Shown: positions 16,915-25,756 of the stretch, in pieces | How positions within the stretch are numbered: the first letter of the stretch is position 1 | Layout of the letters: the number at the start of each line of letters is the position of its first letter | IMG/VR virus record: IMGVR_UViG_3300025141_000021 | DNA: 64,000 bases | Reading direction: 5' to 3' (one strand) | Source: a virus | Notes under the pieces: generated by a model | The model's input: only the letters and a program-made list of their open reading frames with translations | Told to the model about the DNA's origin: nothing | Database searches by the model: none | Position numbers and translations under genes: made by a program

Positions 16915-19851
16915 CTACTCGTACTGCTCCCGGAAGCGCCGCGAAGTCAGCAGCTCGGCGTGGGCTGTGGGTCTGCCGCGTCGTTCGGCACGTTCGCGAC
17001 GGTTGGCCGCTCTCTGTTCAGGGGTAAATGTGTGCATGTCCCGCTCATATTCTTCCTGAGATATCTCGCCGGCTTCGAGGCGCTGATTCTGCACACGCGA
17101 ATGCGCATATGCTTCATCGGATGTTGGAACATAGCCATCAGGAATTGGCCCCTCTGGCATCTCGCCACCAGCAACCGCATCCTGCCAAGCTTTAACTGCG
17201 GCATCCCTTTCTGAGACAAACGTGCCCATCGGGGGTTCGCTGTTTGTTCTATCGCTGCGCCCCATAACCCACTTGGGGGAAGGTGCTGTCTTCTCCATGG
17301 TGGAGGGGGATTGCCATATGCCTTCCATTTCCGTTGTGTACTCTCCGCTCTCAATTGTAGAGCCAACCTTAATTATCATATAATAGCCCCCGAGGCCAAG
17401 CTGTGCCGCTAGTGAATTTGTTCCCTTGCCTAGGCCTACAATTGACGGTGTAACAAAAACTTTCTGGCCTGGTATAAAAAGTGTATTGCCCATCATTTCA
17501 ATAGTTACGTTGTACGGCTCCCTTATCGGTATGAGTGATTTTTCATCAGTCTGTTTAATAATGTTTGAGGCTCTCAAATTTGGATCATCTAGTCTTGAAA
17601 ATGACATATTCTTTACAATACCCCTATCTCTACCTATGAACAAGTGAAATATTCCTCGGCTTTTATTAAAACTTTCTATGTCGCCAGCTGTCTCTGGCCC
17701 CCATTTAATATCTTCATTCAGTGCGTAAATTAATACATAATTGTCTAGTTTGTCAGCAGTTTTATGAGCTGGAGCAAGAGCTTTGGCCAAATCTTTTGCA
17801 TCCAATTGAAATCCAGGGTTTAGTTTTTTATTTCCTTCGGCATCACGGGAAGTTGAAATGTATGCCATAGCAGGGTGTACTCTTGGGGCGACTTCCTTTC
17901 CTTTGCAGACATCTACTTCTTTATCTTCTCTCTTCTTTTCTTCTCCGCAGGAGTTTCGCAGCACATCAATAACCAGCATGTTGATTATATCCTTTAGAAA
18001 TCTATCTAGAGTATACGAAGTTTCTTTATTTTTAACGACGGCTGAAAGCCAAAAATTTGAAAATGCTTTAACCGATATCGGAATCCAGGCTAAATTTACG
18101 ATCATCGGTTCTCCACCATGTTTAATATCACGAAAAACCGCTGGACCGACTAATAAATTTGTTTTAGTTCCTCCTCTCTTTTCTGCTCTGCCATATAATA
18201 CTTCGCCAACTGCATCCAGTATGTCGCCCAAAAACGTAAACTGAATAGCTACGTCTTTCTTAGACTCCCCGGGTGTTAATCTATTATTGAGGTTCTCAAG
18301 AATATCCTCAAATTTTTTCGCACCCTTTGCGCCGTTGACGTAGTCAGTTATTTGGGAAGTTATCGCCGTGTCGTTGTCCCTCACCGTCTCGCGGCGCGTG
18401 ATTACCTGCTTCTTGCGGATGTCGGAGGCGAGGGTCGCTACGTTCTTTAGGGTAGCCAAGCCTACACCAGCTATTGTTTTGTTGGGGTCGTTTTCACTAA
18501 GTTCCGACGCGGCAATCGAAAAATTCCAAATATCAATATTTGGTTTGTTTAAGAATGTTGTTAAAACACTGTTATAACGCAGGGCATTATCTCCAAACTT
18601 TCGTTCTTTTAAAACACTTAACCTGCCATTTGCTGTCGCCTCCTCCATGCGAAGATCCTGCTGGAGTGCCCGGGCGCGACGTAGAGTCTCACGCTGTTCT
18701 TGTTCGGGTGTTTCCCATAGGGTCTCGCCGGTGGCTGGGTCGATGCGCAGGACTTCCGCATCGCCCAGTTGCGCGCCTTCGATCTCCATCTCGCCAAATT
18801 CCCGATCTGATACAGACAGTTCCACTATCTCACCGGTGTTGGGCGCCAATATTTGTCGTACCCCTGCAGGAAGAGCATCCCACCTAGCCTGTATCTGGCC
18901 TAAGAGTAATTGTGTATCGGTAATTTCCGCTAATGTATCCTCTCTTGAGGCCTCGTCGGTGCTAGTAAATTTCAATATATCTGCGTCCCTTGTACTTGTG
19001 GCCGCGGCGCCCTCTGCAATATATTCAATTGCTAGTCCGACCGTGCCGTCTTGATTGAAAGTGAACTCGTGCGCCACAAAGCCTAGATAATAGCTTTTTT
19101 GCATATTTCCTAGAGCTTCCATGAGTTCTGTGTTTCCAAAAATAGCACGTTCAGATGGAGGCACTGCATACCCAACAACCAGTCTGAGCCGGCTATAGTC
19201 GCTGCCCCATTGTACTGATGGATGCAGTTCCATTTTGCAGCCTTTCTTTTCGGCGCCGTTTTCGGGAGAAGATGCTGCTGCACTCGGCGGCCCTTCCGGC
19301 TTGGCAGCGCCCCTAGCTCTTGCATTAATTAATTCGGAAAATGCAATACCGGACTCGTTGGGATTCGTTAAATCTTCAATTGTTTGAAAGTGCAGATGTA
19401 ATTTAATTTTAAAATAGTTTCCCGTTTCTGCCGGCTGAGTTGACAAATCTTCAATCTCAAGCTTTTTTAATCCAACTGCGGATGGTCGACCATGAGTCTG
19501 TCGAGTTATACCTTCAATATCTTCCTTGCTTAATTTGGTATCAAATAAAAATTCTTTTTCACCACCCTCTATTGGTGCGCCATTCTCAAATGCGACATTA
19601 AATATACGAATTTGTGGAATAATGGCGGCTGCTTCTTGCGATGAAATCTCCATAAAGGAATCTCGTCCTGGTGTATTATTAACTAAATTCATAAAAAATG
19701 ACGGCTCACCGTTAACCAAATTTATGTGCGTAAATTTCTTACCAGCCGGCGAGCCTTTGAAGTGATAATTCGTAAGCTGCAACAGTTTGCGCCACTGTGT
19801 TAATAAAAGACACTGTTCATTATATATTTCAGAGTGTAATTCTAAAGCCAT
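16915..19851 (-). CDS. Baseplate hub protein (gp27/GpD/VgrG-like fold), 978 aa
   Basis: Follows tape measure, tube initiator and LysM genes; C-terminal PYNVTIEMMGN..PGQKV...GGYYMIIKVGSTI..GEYTTEM is typical of hub barrels. Confidence 0.65.
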   Translation of the reverse strand: MALELHSEIYNEQCLLLTQWRKLLQLTNYHFKGSPAGKKFTHINLVNGEPSFFMNLVNNTPGRDSFMEISSQEAAAIIPQIRIFNVAFENGAPIEGGEKEFLFDTKLSKEDIEGITRQTHGRPSAVGLKKLEIEDLSTQPAETGNYFKIKLHLHFQTIEDLTNPNESGIAFSELINARARGAAKPEGPPSAAASSPENGAEKKGCKMELHPSVQWGSDYSRLRLVVGYAVPPSERAIFGNTELMEALGNMQKSYYLGFVAHEFTFNQDGTVGLAIEYIAEGAAATSTRDADILKFTSTDEASREDTLAEITDTQLLLGQIQARWDALPAGVRQILAPNTGEIVELSVSDREFGEMEIEGAQLGDAEVLRIDPATGETLWETPEQEQRETLRRARALQQDLRMEEATANGRLSVLKERKFGDNALRYNSVLTTFLNKPNIDIWNFSIAASELSENDPNKTIAGVGLATLKNVATLASDIRKKQVITRRETVRDNDTAITSQITDYVNGAKGAKKFEDILENLNNRLTPGESKKDVAIQFTFLGDILDAVGEVLYGRAEKRGGTKTNLLVGPAVFRDIKHGGEPMIVNLAWIPISVKAFSNFWLSAVVKNKETSYTLDRFLKDIINMLVIDVLRNSCGEEKKREDKEVDVCKGKEVAPRVHPAMAYISTSRDAEGNKKLNPGFQLDAKDLAKALAPAHKTADKLDNYVLIYALNEDIKWGPETAGDIESFNKSRGIFHLFIGRDRGIVKNMSFSRLDDPNLRASNIIKQTDEKSLIPIREPYNVTIEMMGNTLFIPGQKVFVTPSIVGLGKGTNSLAAQLGLGGYYMIIKVGSTIESGEYTTEMEGIWQSPSTMEKTAPSPKWVMGRSDRTNSEPPMGTFVSERDAAVKAWQDAVAGGEMPEGPIPDGYVPTSDEAYAHSRVQNQRLEAGEISQEEYERDMHTFTPEQRAANRRERAERRGRPTAHAELLTSRRFREQYE

Positions 19852-19857
19852 AATATT

Positions 19858-20196
19858 TTAAACATCAAGATAGTTTAATATCTTATCTATTGGAAGTGGA
19901 ATAAATATAATATCGCCAACTTTTACATGAGATTCTGTCGGTTTTTGATTATACCATGCAATAACCCACCAAAGCTTAGAGTCTCCATAATATCTATGCG
20001 CCAATTTAAAGTATCGGTCACCGATGGCCCACATATGCCCAACGGTTCTAAGTTTGCCTATTTGCGCAGCTGTAGGGTGTTTAAGTTTTGCCGTATTGTA
20101 GTGGCGAATATATTTTAGGCCGCGGTCTTCAAAATATTTTTCATATATTTCTTCAATATTTCGAAAAATTGTTCTATCGTCGTATCTACTAACCAT
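19858..20196 (-). CDS. LysM-like baseplate wedge protein (gp53/gpX-like)
   Basis: GDRYFKLAHRYYGDSKLWWVIAWYN......VGDIIFIP. Confidence 0.85.
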   Translation of the reverse strand: MVSRYDDRTIFRNIEEIYEKYFEDRGLKYIRHYNTAKLKHPTAAQIGKLRTVGHMWAIGDRYFKLAHRYYGDSKLWWVIAWYNQKPTESHVKVGDIIFIPLPIDKILNYLDV

Positions 20197-20199
20197 AAT

Positions 20200-21264
20200 T
20201 TACTCCTCCGAAAAGAGATCCTCGGAGTCGGTGAGGAGCCCCGCATCCCCAGCCCAGTCGGCATCAGCGCGCTGGCGCGGCCTTGGCAGACGAGGGGGGC
20301 GAGGAGGTGGCGGCGGTGCTCGATGTCGTTGCCGAGCAACGATAGGGGGCCCCATGGGTAGGTCACCCATGTTTGTAGGCGTCGGATTATCGCCCTCTGC
20401 CGTTGTTTGTCTGCCCGCGGCTGACCTTTGTCCTGCATTCTCAGATAATTCTGCAGCTGCAGCTTCTTGTTGATTATCTACACCAGAGCCAGCGGTGTCG
20501 CCGGCACCCTTTGTATCTTTGCCCGAAAGCTTAACTCCGATTTGGTCCGCAAATTTGGCCGACTTGCTCTTCATAGTCGAACTTTGACCATAAAAACCAT
20601 GGCCAAGACTTCGGGCGCTGCTCCAATGATTGTTTTCTCCATTCCACCCCAAAGTATCAGTATGAAGTATCGTCATGGTGCAGGTGATGCCAATTTTTTT
20701 AGGATATATACTACTGCCTTCGCTTCCAAAAAACCCGCCCTCAATATCTGGACTAACATTGAAGCCACCAATTGCAGCAACAAGGCCACCTGTATCAACA
20801 GAGCCATCGCCAGAGGCGATCAAGTTCATAAACTTTACTTTAAACAAAGGTGGAGAATTAATTGATGTTGCACTTTCAACCTTTTTATATGAGGGATACA
20901 ACATTGACATTAACAATTCAACTTTTGCCAAATTTTCTATAGCCTCGTCCTCAGATGTAGCAAGAGTATCAAAGCCTAATGATATAGTTCTTTTTGTACC
21001 CTGAAAAGTCATTATTGGATCCATTCGGCCATAAACACTTTCAGGGTTCCATTCAGATTCAAAGTTATCTTCTAGTCCTGTTAGCCAAGATTTAAAGCCC
21101 ACCGCTCGTCCAGTTGGCACATGATAAAATTCAATTCGATATCCTCGATTAAAAAATCCTTCTATGGCGCTCTCGGCGCGGGGTCCAAATAGTGCTTCTT
21201 TAATATCTCCAGCAATTTGTCCTCCCAACCGAGCGGCTCCCGGGGGAACATCAAAAAATGCCAT
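20200..21264 (-). CDS. Tube initiator / CIS-tube-like baseplate protein with low-complexity C-terminal extension
   Basis: WNPESVYGRMDPIMTFQGTKRTISLGF pattern; lies directly after the tape measure gene. Confidence 0.65.
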   Translation of the reverse strand: MAFFDVPPGAARLGGQIAGDIKEALFGPRAESAIEGFFNRGYRIEFYHVPTGRAVGFKSWLTGLEDNFESEWNPESVYGRMDPIMTFQGTKRTISLGFDTLATSEDEAIENLAKVELLMSMLYPSYKKVESATSINSPPLFKVKFMNLIASGDGSVDTGGLVAAIGGFNVSPDIEGGFFGSEGSSIYPKKIGITCTMTILHTDTLGWNGENNHWSSARSLGHGFYGQSSTMKSKSAKFADQIGVKLSGKDTKGAGDTAGSGVDNQQEAAAAELSENAGQRSAAGRQTTAEGDNPTPTNMGDLPMGPPIVARQRHRAPPPPPRPPRLPRPRQRADADWAGDAGLLTDSEDLFSEE

Positions 21265-21276
21265 GTTTTTTTCCTC

Positions 21277-23577
21277 CTATCTGTGATATCGTCCTGGCAG
21301 CATACGCGCTTGACTATCTTTAATAGACTTCGCAATTGCTTTACCAAGTGCCGATGTATCTTTAACTACTATCTCAACAGAAATATTACCTCCGGGGGCC
21401 GCAGCTGCTGCAGCTACACCACCAATTCCTGCTGTTCGGCGGGCTGCTGCCGCCCCGCCGGCTGCACGTGCTGAGTGAGATGCTGCTGTTTGAATTAGTT
21501 GCTTAATCTTAACGACCTTTTCTATATTAAGATCGTCAACACTGTTAATCATTTCTTTAACCGATTTGGTGAAAGCTGTTGTATCAACCGCTGCCGTAAG
21601 TTTAATCGCATTAAATGTGTCTGCTAGTGACTTAATCTTTTCCAAATCTACTTTAGACAAAGCATATGCTATACTAAGAATGCCAAGTGCCATGGCTGCA
21701 AATCCGGTAACCGCTGCAAGGCCAGCATGCGATAATATCCAACTAGCTGCAGCTAGGGCTAGCAAGCCGAGAGCAAACTCCAGCATTACACCAGCCTTGG
21801 CAACCTCAAAAAGAACATTGAAAAAGGGCAATAACGCTTCCATAGCCATTTTGAATGCAAATGCCATGCCCAGCGCCGCCAATGTTACTACGATTGCGCC
21901 AATTATAACTTTGGGGTGAGACAGGGATCGAAGACCCCCAGCTATTATCGTCATTGCTCTAGCAATTCGCGGGGCTCCTTCCTCGGCAGCTTCGGGAGCA
22001 TCCCCAAATATTTTTTCTATAAGTATGTCGGCCAATTTTGGCAATAAAACGGCCTTAAGAAGAAAAGCTCCCATGGCACCAGTAAGGGCAATAAACCCGA
22101 CTGTAATTAGCTTAAAACCAGATGGAAGTTTATTAATCATATCTAGCATGCTGCCCAAGCCCTCCATCATAGGAAGTATCATGCCTGTAACTATTGGTTC
22201 AACTGCCCCTTTCCAAACGGCTGACCACTTTTCGCCCAATGATGTACTAGTTTCAAGCATTTTGTTCCACTGTTTAGTAGAGGTTGCACCTCCACCCATT
22301 TGTTGCTGTAGTTCTTCACTTGTTTTGCCGAAGAATTTTGCAGCATCATTAACGTTTTGAAATCCTGCTGCCTCTGCAATTAGTTTCTTTTCAAATCGGT
22401 CCATCGTAGCAAAGCTCTTACCAGACATTTCCATCATTTTGCTAACCTGGATGATCCGTTCGTCATCTTCCATTCTAAGCAAGCTTATTGCGTCGACTTG
22501 ATGGCCAAGGACCATTGATAGTCGTCCAACAGATGTTGCAGCTTGTTCATATGTATCGTATTGAGCCGCTACGCCTAGTAATGAATTAACTTCGATGCCG
22601 GCGGTCTTTGCTGCTGCAGCAACATTTGCAAAAATCCTTGGGGCGTTCTTTCCAAACATTGCTAATCTTGGCATTGCTGCATTAAAGCCTTGAAGCATTG
22701 CCGAAAATGGCATGTCAATGGCATCAGCAGTGCCGGATAATTCCATTGCAATACCCCTGAGTTCACCTTGGCTATAGCCTAAAGCGTTTGTCATTGAATT
22801 AATAAATTCTGCAGATTCGCCAGCGCCGATGCCAAGTTTGCCCATTTCGGCAGAAAGAGCTATCATTTCAAGCCTAGCACCATCTGTTACATTTGCAAAA
22901 TTACCAACTTGCATTGCTAGCGCCTGGGTAACGCCGCCAATATCTTCGAAGCTTAGGCCTAAATGGCGAGCGTCTGCTGTTGCTTGAGTTAGAACATCAT
23001 CCATTTCACCAGCAAAGCCAGTGGCGGCATTAAATGCTGGATATGCGTTGTGAACTTCCATCGTAACTGCAGCAAATGTTTCCTGCAACTTCATGGCTGT
23101 TGAGCCGAGAATGTTCATCGGCGTTACTGTTTCGGCTATGGCCTCTTGTACTTTTTCAAAGCCACCTTCGGTGTCAAAGAGCCCACCAATAAAAGTGTTT
23201 TTCCAGGAATCACTTACGCCAGTGAAGGCCTTAATGGTCTCCTTTGTGTTCTCACGAATTTGTTTTAATTTATCGAGAGCCTCGCGCATGAGCGCAAGAC
23301 GAACTTTTTGAGCAGCCTCTGATTCAATATCAAGGCCAAGTATTTCTTCTTTTACGCGCTGTTCAGTTGTGAGAGAATCTGCATATGCAAGTTGAGTTTC
23401 TTTAAGTCTCTCGCGAGCGTCGTTAATTGCGCCCTGTGCGGCGCCGGCATCTTGTAAAGCTTTAACAAATTCTCTTTGTTTAGTTACCGCTACTTCAAGT
23501 TGCTCAACAGTTTTGTCAGCGTGAACAGCTTTCAGCAATTCTTCAAGTTGTTTTTTAGGGTCTTTTTCTTCAGCCAT
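21277..23577 (-). CDS. Tape measure protein (766 aa)
   Basis: Ala-rich helical and coiled-coil sequence with a hydrophobic membrane-like block in the C-terminal third; follows the tail chaperones. Confidence 0.8.
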   Translation of the reverse strand: MAEEKDPKKQLEELLKAVHADKTVEQLEVAVTKQREFVKALQDAGAAQGAINDARERLKETQLAYADSLTTEQRVKEEILGLDIESEAAQKVRLALMREALDKLKQIRENTKETIKAFTGVSDSWKNTFIGGLFDTEGGFEKVQEAIAETVTPMNILGSTAMKLQETFAAVTMEVHNAYPAFNAATGFAGEMDDVLTQATADARHLGLSFEDIGGVTQALAMQVGNFANVTDGARLEMIALSAEMGKLGIGAGESAEFINSMTNALGYSQGELRGIAMELSGTADAIDMPFSAMLQGFNAAMPRLAMFGKNAPRIFANVAAAAKTAGIEVNSLLGVAAQYDTYEQAATSVGRLSMVLGHQVDAISLLRMEDDERIIQVSKMMEMSGKSFATMDRFEKKLIAEAAGFQNVNDAAKFFGKTSEELQQQMGGGATSTKQWNKMLETSTSLGEKWSAVWKGAVEPIVTGMILPMMEGLGSMLDMINKLPSGFKLITVGFIALTGAMGAFLLKAVLLPKLADILIEKIFGDAPEAAEEGAPRIARAMTIIAGGLRSLSHPKVIIGAIVVTLAALGMAFAFKMAMEALLPFFNVLFEVAKAGVMLEFALGLLALAAASWILSHAGLAAVTGFAAMALGILSIAYALSKVDLEKIKSLADTFNAIKLTAAVDTTAFTKSVKEMINSVDDLNIEKVVKIKQLIQTAASHSARAAGGAAAARRTAGIGGVAAAAAAPGGNISVEIVVKDTSALGKAIAKSIKDSQARMLPGRYHR

Positions 23578-23593
23578 CTATAGTGGTTCCTTA

Positions 23594-23983
23594 TTATTTA
23601 AGCGGCCACTTTAGACCTGTCTTTTTTTCAAATCGATGAACTGCTCGATCAAGTTTATATTTGCTATCGTATGTCTTTGGGTCCATTAGGCCATATTCTT
23701 TAAAGGCGCTCATATAATCTTTTTCGCCACTCAAGACATTTGCAAATGAATTAATTTCTGATTTGGTTCCTCGGATTTTAATTGGAGACTGGTACGAGCC
23801 ACCGAAGCTTGGATCGACATATTGCATGAAGCCTTTCTTCTCTGAGCCAAACATTCTTTTCATGATCATTTTGATCATCGATCCAAACTGCACAAGAAAA
23901 CTTTCATCAATTTCTCCGCGACGGGCGGTGCCTAAATCGATAACTGTATCTGTTAATACTTCTTCTTGTATTTCTTGTTTCAT
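23594..23983 (-). CDS. Hypothetical 129-aa late protein
   Basis: Own tandem late motifs and AAGGGA RBS. Confidence 0.7.
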   Translation of the reverse strand: MKQEIQEEVLTDTVIDLGTARRGEIDESFLVQFGSMIKMIMKRMFGSEKKGFMQYVDPSFGGSYQSPIKIRGTKSEINSFANVLSGEKDYMSAFKEYGLMDPKTYDSKYKLDRAVHRFEKKTGLKWPLK

Positions 23984-24001
23984 ACGTAGATGTCCCTTGA
24001 T

Positions 24002-24024
24002 ATAATTAGCTATTAATAAATAGT
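24002..24024 (-). promoter_or_regulatory. Two tandem putative late promoters (ACTATTTAT 24024-24016; GCTAATTAT 24010-24002)
   Basis: Motif copies immediately after a terminator. Confidence 0.6.
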
Positions 24025-24033
24025 TATCATATC

Positions 24034-24060
24034 AAATAAAAAGCCAGGAGAACCCTGGCT
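24034..24060 (-). terminator. Rho-independent terminator after the tail chaperone genes
   Basis: Minus strand AGCCAGG-gttct-CCTGGCT followed by TTTTATTT. Confidence 0.8.
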
Positions 24061-24062
24061 AT

Positions 24063-24245
24063 TTACTTCTTTTGATGTTTTTTAATTTCGTCTGCCTCTT
24101 TTTGCATCTGATCGGTCAAACGCCTTAAGAACCAAGTCCTTATTTTAACTGGTAAATTATAGGCTTCTATAAAGCTCCAACTTCCATAATACTTTAGCAG
24201 AAAAAATTGTTCGTATACACTAGCAATGTATCTATCGCCTAGGCC
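24063..24245 (-). CDS. C-terminal ('T') segment of the tail assembly chaperone, probably reached by +1 frameshift
   Basis: 60 codons (GLGDRYIASVYEQFFLLKYYGSWSFIEAYNLP...) in the +1 frame after a T7 run; no in-frame ATG/GTG/TTG until near the end. Confidence 0.6.
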   Translation of the reverse strand, partial: GLGDRYIASVYEQFFLLKYYGSWSFIEAYNLPVKIRTWFLRRLTDQMQKEADEIKKHQKK

Positions 24246-25089
24246 AAAAAAAGTCCGCTGTAAACGGAACCTCCATCTCCATCTCATAGCTACAAGCTTC
24301 GCAAGCAAATTCTTGTGTGAGATCGACATTTGGAACAATTTTCTGATAGGCTCCTCTTAAATAACGAGCGTCTGTTGCCGGCATATTTTCAACAAAGCTA
24401 GTAATTGTAACAAGCTCAGTATGGCCATTGACAGAAACGGTAAATAATTTAAATTGCTCTGTCATAAAAGATTCGGGAAGCTTGTGCTTCTTTCTTTTTT
24501 CCATGATAGTCAAAAGTTTCTTTTCATCCGCTCCAGTTAATAGGCGGACCTCAATATCAACTCCCGTTGTTGGCATTTTTATAACACAAGTTTGGCTATC
24601 GGTTCTTCTGATATCAAAATCGCCAAAATCTTCGCCATAATTACACGTACTCTCTTCTAGATTAAAGGAAAAATCAGAAGTTTTGCTGCAGGCAGGACAC
24701 GTAACACGGGTTTCATACTCTGGCCCATATCCAGTAATTCTAGAAGCAACAATTAGAGCGTTTTTATCACCAACAAGGAGATCTCCAACGTTAATTCGTT
24801 TATCAACAATAACATTTTGAAGCAGCCGATCAATCGCCACTCCCTTTTTCAATAAAGTTTTAGATGAAAGAATATCTTCGTCCTTTGCTGTCATAAAACG
24901 AATTTCTATTTCTTCTACATTGTGAAGAAGGTGGTCCTCTGGATAAAACCTTCCCCTGGTAGGAAGTTCAACAAACTCTGTTGGAGTTGTAAATGTTAAT
25001 GGGCTTTTTTCGTTTATAAGATCTGGGGTAGGGGCAGCTGTATCAGAGCCAGCTGCTCCGACACGATCTTCATTATTTCTGGGGGGCAT
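24232..25089 (-). CDS. Tail/baseplate assembly chaperone (T4 gp26-like, lambda G-equivalent)
   Basis: VELPTRG, IRFMTAKDEDIL, DLLVGDKNALIVASRITGYG, CPAC...CEAC; ends ...PFTADFFWPRR; lies between tube and tape measure. Confidence 0.8.
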   Translation of the reverse strand: MPPRNNEDRVGAAGSDTAAPTPDLINEKSPLTFTTPTEFVELPTRGRFYPEDHLLHNVEEIEIRFMTAKDEDILSSKTLLKKGVAIDRLLQNVIVDKRINVGDLLVGDKNALIVASRITGYGPEYETRVTCPACSKTSDFSFNLEESTCNYGEDFGDFDIRRTDSQTCVIKMPTTGVDIEVRLLTGADEKKLLTIMEKRKKHKLPESFMTEQFKLFTVSVNGHTELVTITSFVENMPATDARYLRGAYQKIVPNVDLTQEFACEACSYEMEMEVPFTADFFWPRR

Positions 25090-25158
25090 TAATTACCTCT
25101 TTCTTTGGTAGCTTGTTTAGTTTAACAAAAAATAAAGATTAATTTAAGTTAAATTTAG

Positions 25159-25689
25159 CTAACCAATAAGACTTGGAGCAGCTGCATCACCAAGCTTGGC
25201 CCAATCGTAACGAATGCTAAGAGTAACCTCGGTCAGTCCATCTTCACTATAAGTTAGATCGCCAAATTTTGCAGACTTAACCCAAGCATTGCCTAAACTC
25301 CACTGGTTCACGACCGCTCCATCGATGCCTAGCTCTTGAATTGTAATATTTCCAAGTGCAGAAGTCGCGGAAACTTTTGAGATAAGTCCTCTACCGGCTT
25401 CGCCATCGGCAGTTGGGATATCATATCCAGCATTAAACAACATCTCCATAACTTTCTTGGTACTATCTTCTTCTCCAATAGGATCAACTAAAGTAACTTC
25501 AAGTTCCTGCCAAGCCAAAATACCTGGAAAGTAAAAGGTGTGATTTAGATATTTGTGTTCCGATTCGCCAACTTCGTAACTTGGCTTTCCAGCGGCTTTA
25601 ATAACCCAAGAACCAATATTGTTACTAATCAACACAAATCTATTTGATCTCTTTGGTTCTACATTGACATCGCTCCAAAATCCAGGCAT
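25159..25689 (-). CDS. gp19: Tail tube protein (gp19-like)
   Basis: EPKRSNRF, YFPG...W..LEVTLVDP and W.LGNAWVKSAKFGDLTYS...EVTLSIRYDWA. Confidence 0.88.
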   Translation of the reverse strand: MPGFWSDVNVEPKRSNRFVLISNNIGSWVIKAAGKPSYEVGESEHKYLNHTFYFPGILAWQELEVTLVDPIGEEDSTKKVMEMLFNAGYDIPTADGEAGRGLISKVSATSALGNITIQELGIDGAVVNQWSLGNAWVKSAKFGDLTYSEDGLTEVTLSIRYDWAKLGDAAAPSLIG

Positions 25690-25714
25690 TATCTTAAATC
25701 TCCTTGTTCATCTT

Positions 25715-25722
25715 TAAATAGT
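25715..25722 (-). promoter_or_regulatory. Putative late promoter ACTATTTA (tail tube)
   Basis: Motif upstream of the AAGGAG RBS and the 25689 start. Confidence 0.6.
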
Positions 25723-25756
25723 AAATTGCGGGTAAAAAACTCGTTATCCATTTATT

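Noticed and set aside
16947-20438. Alternative minus-strand ORFs 16947..17366 and 20115..20438
   Set aside because: They fall in GC-rich, stop-poor tails of the hub and tube-initiator genes, with no RBS or motifs.
24246-24338. Track ORF 24063..24338 as an independent 91-aa gene
   Set aside because: Its N-terminal part (MFQMSIS...MRWRWRFRLQR) overlaps the conserved chaperone C-terminus in another frame and lacks a good RBS; a frameshift or homopolymer error explains it better.
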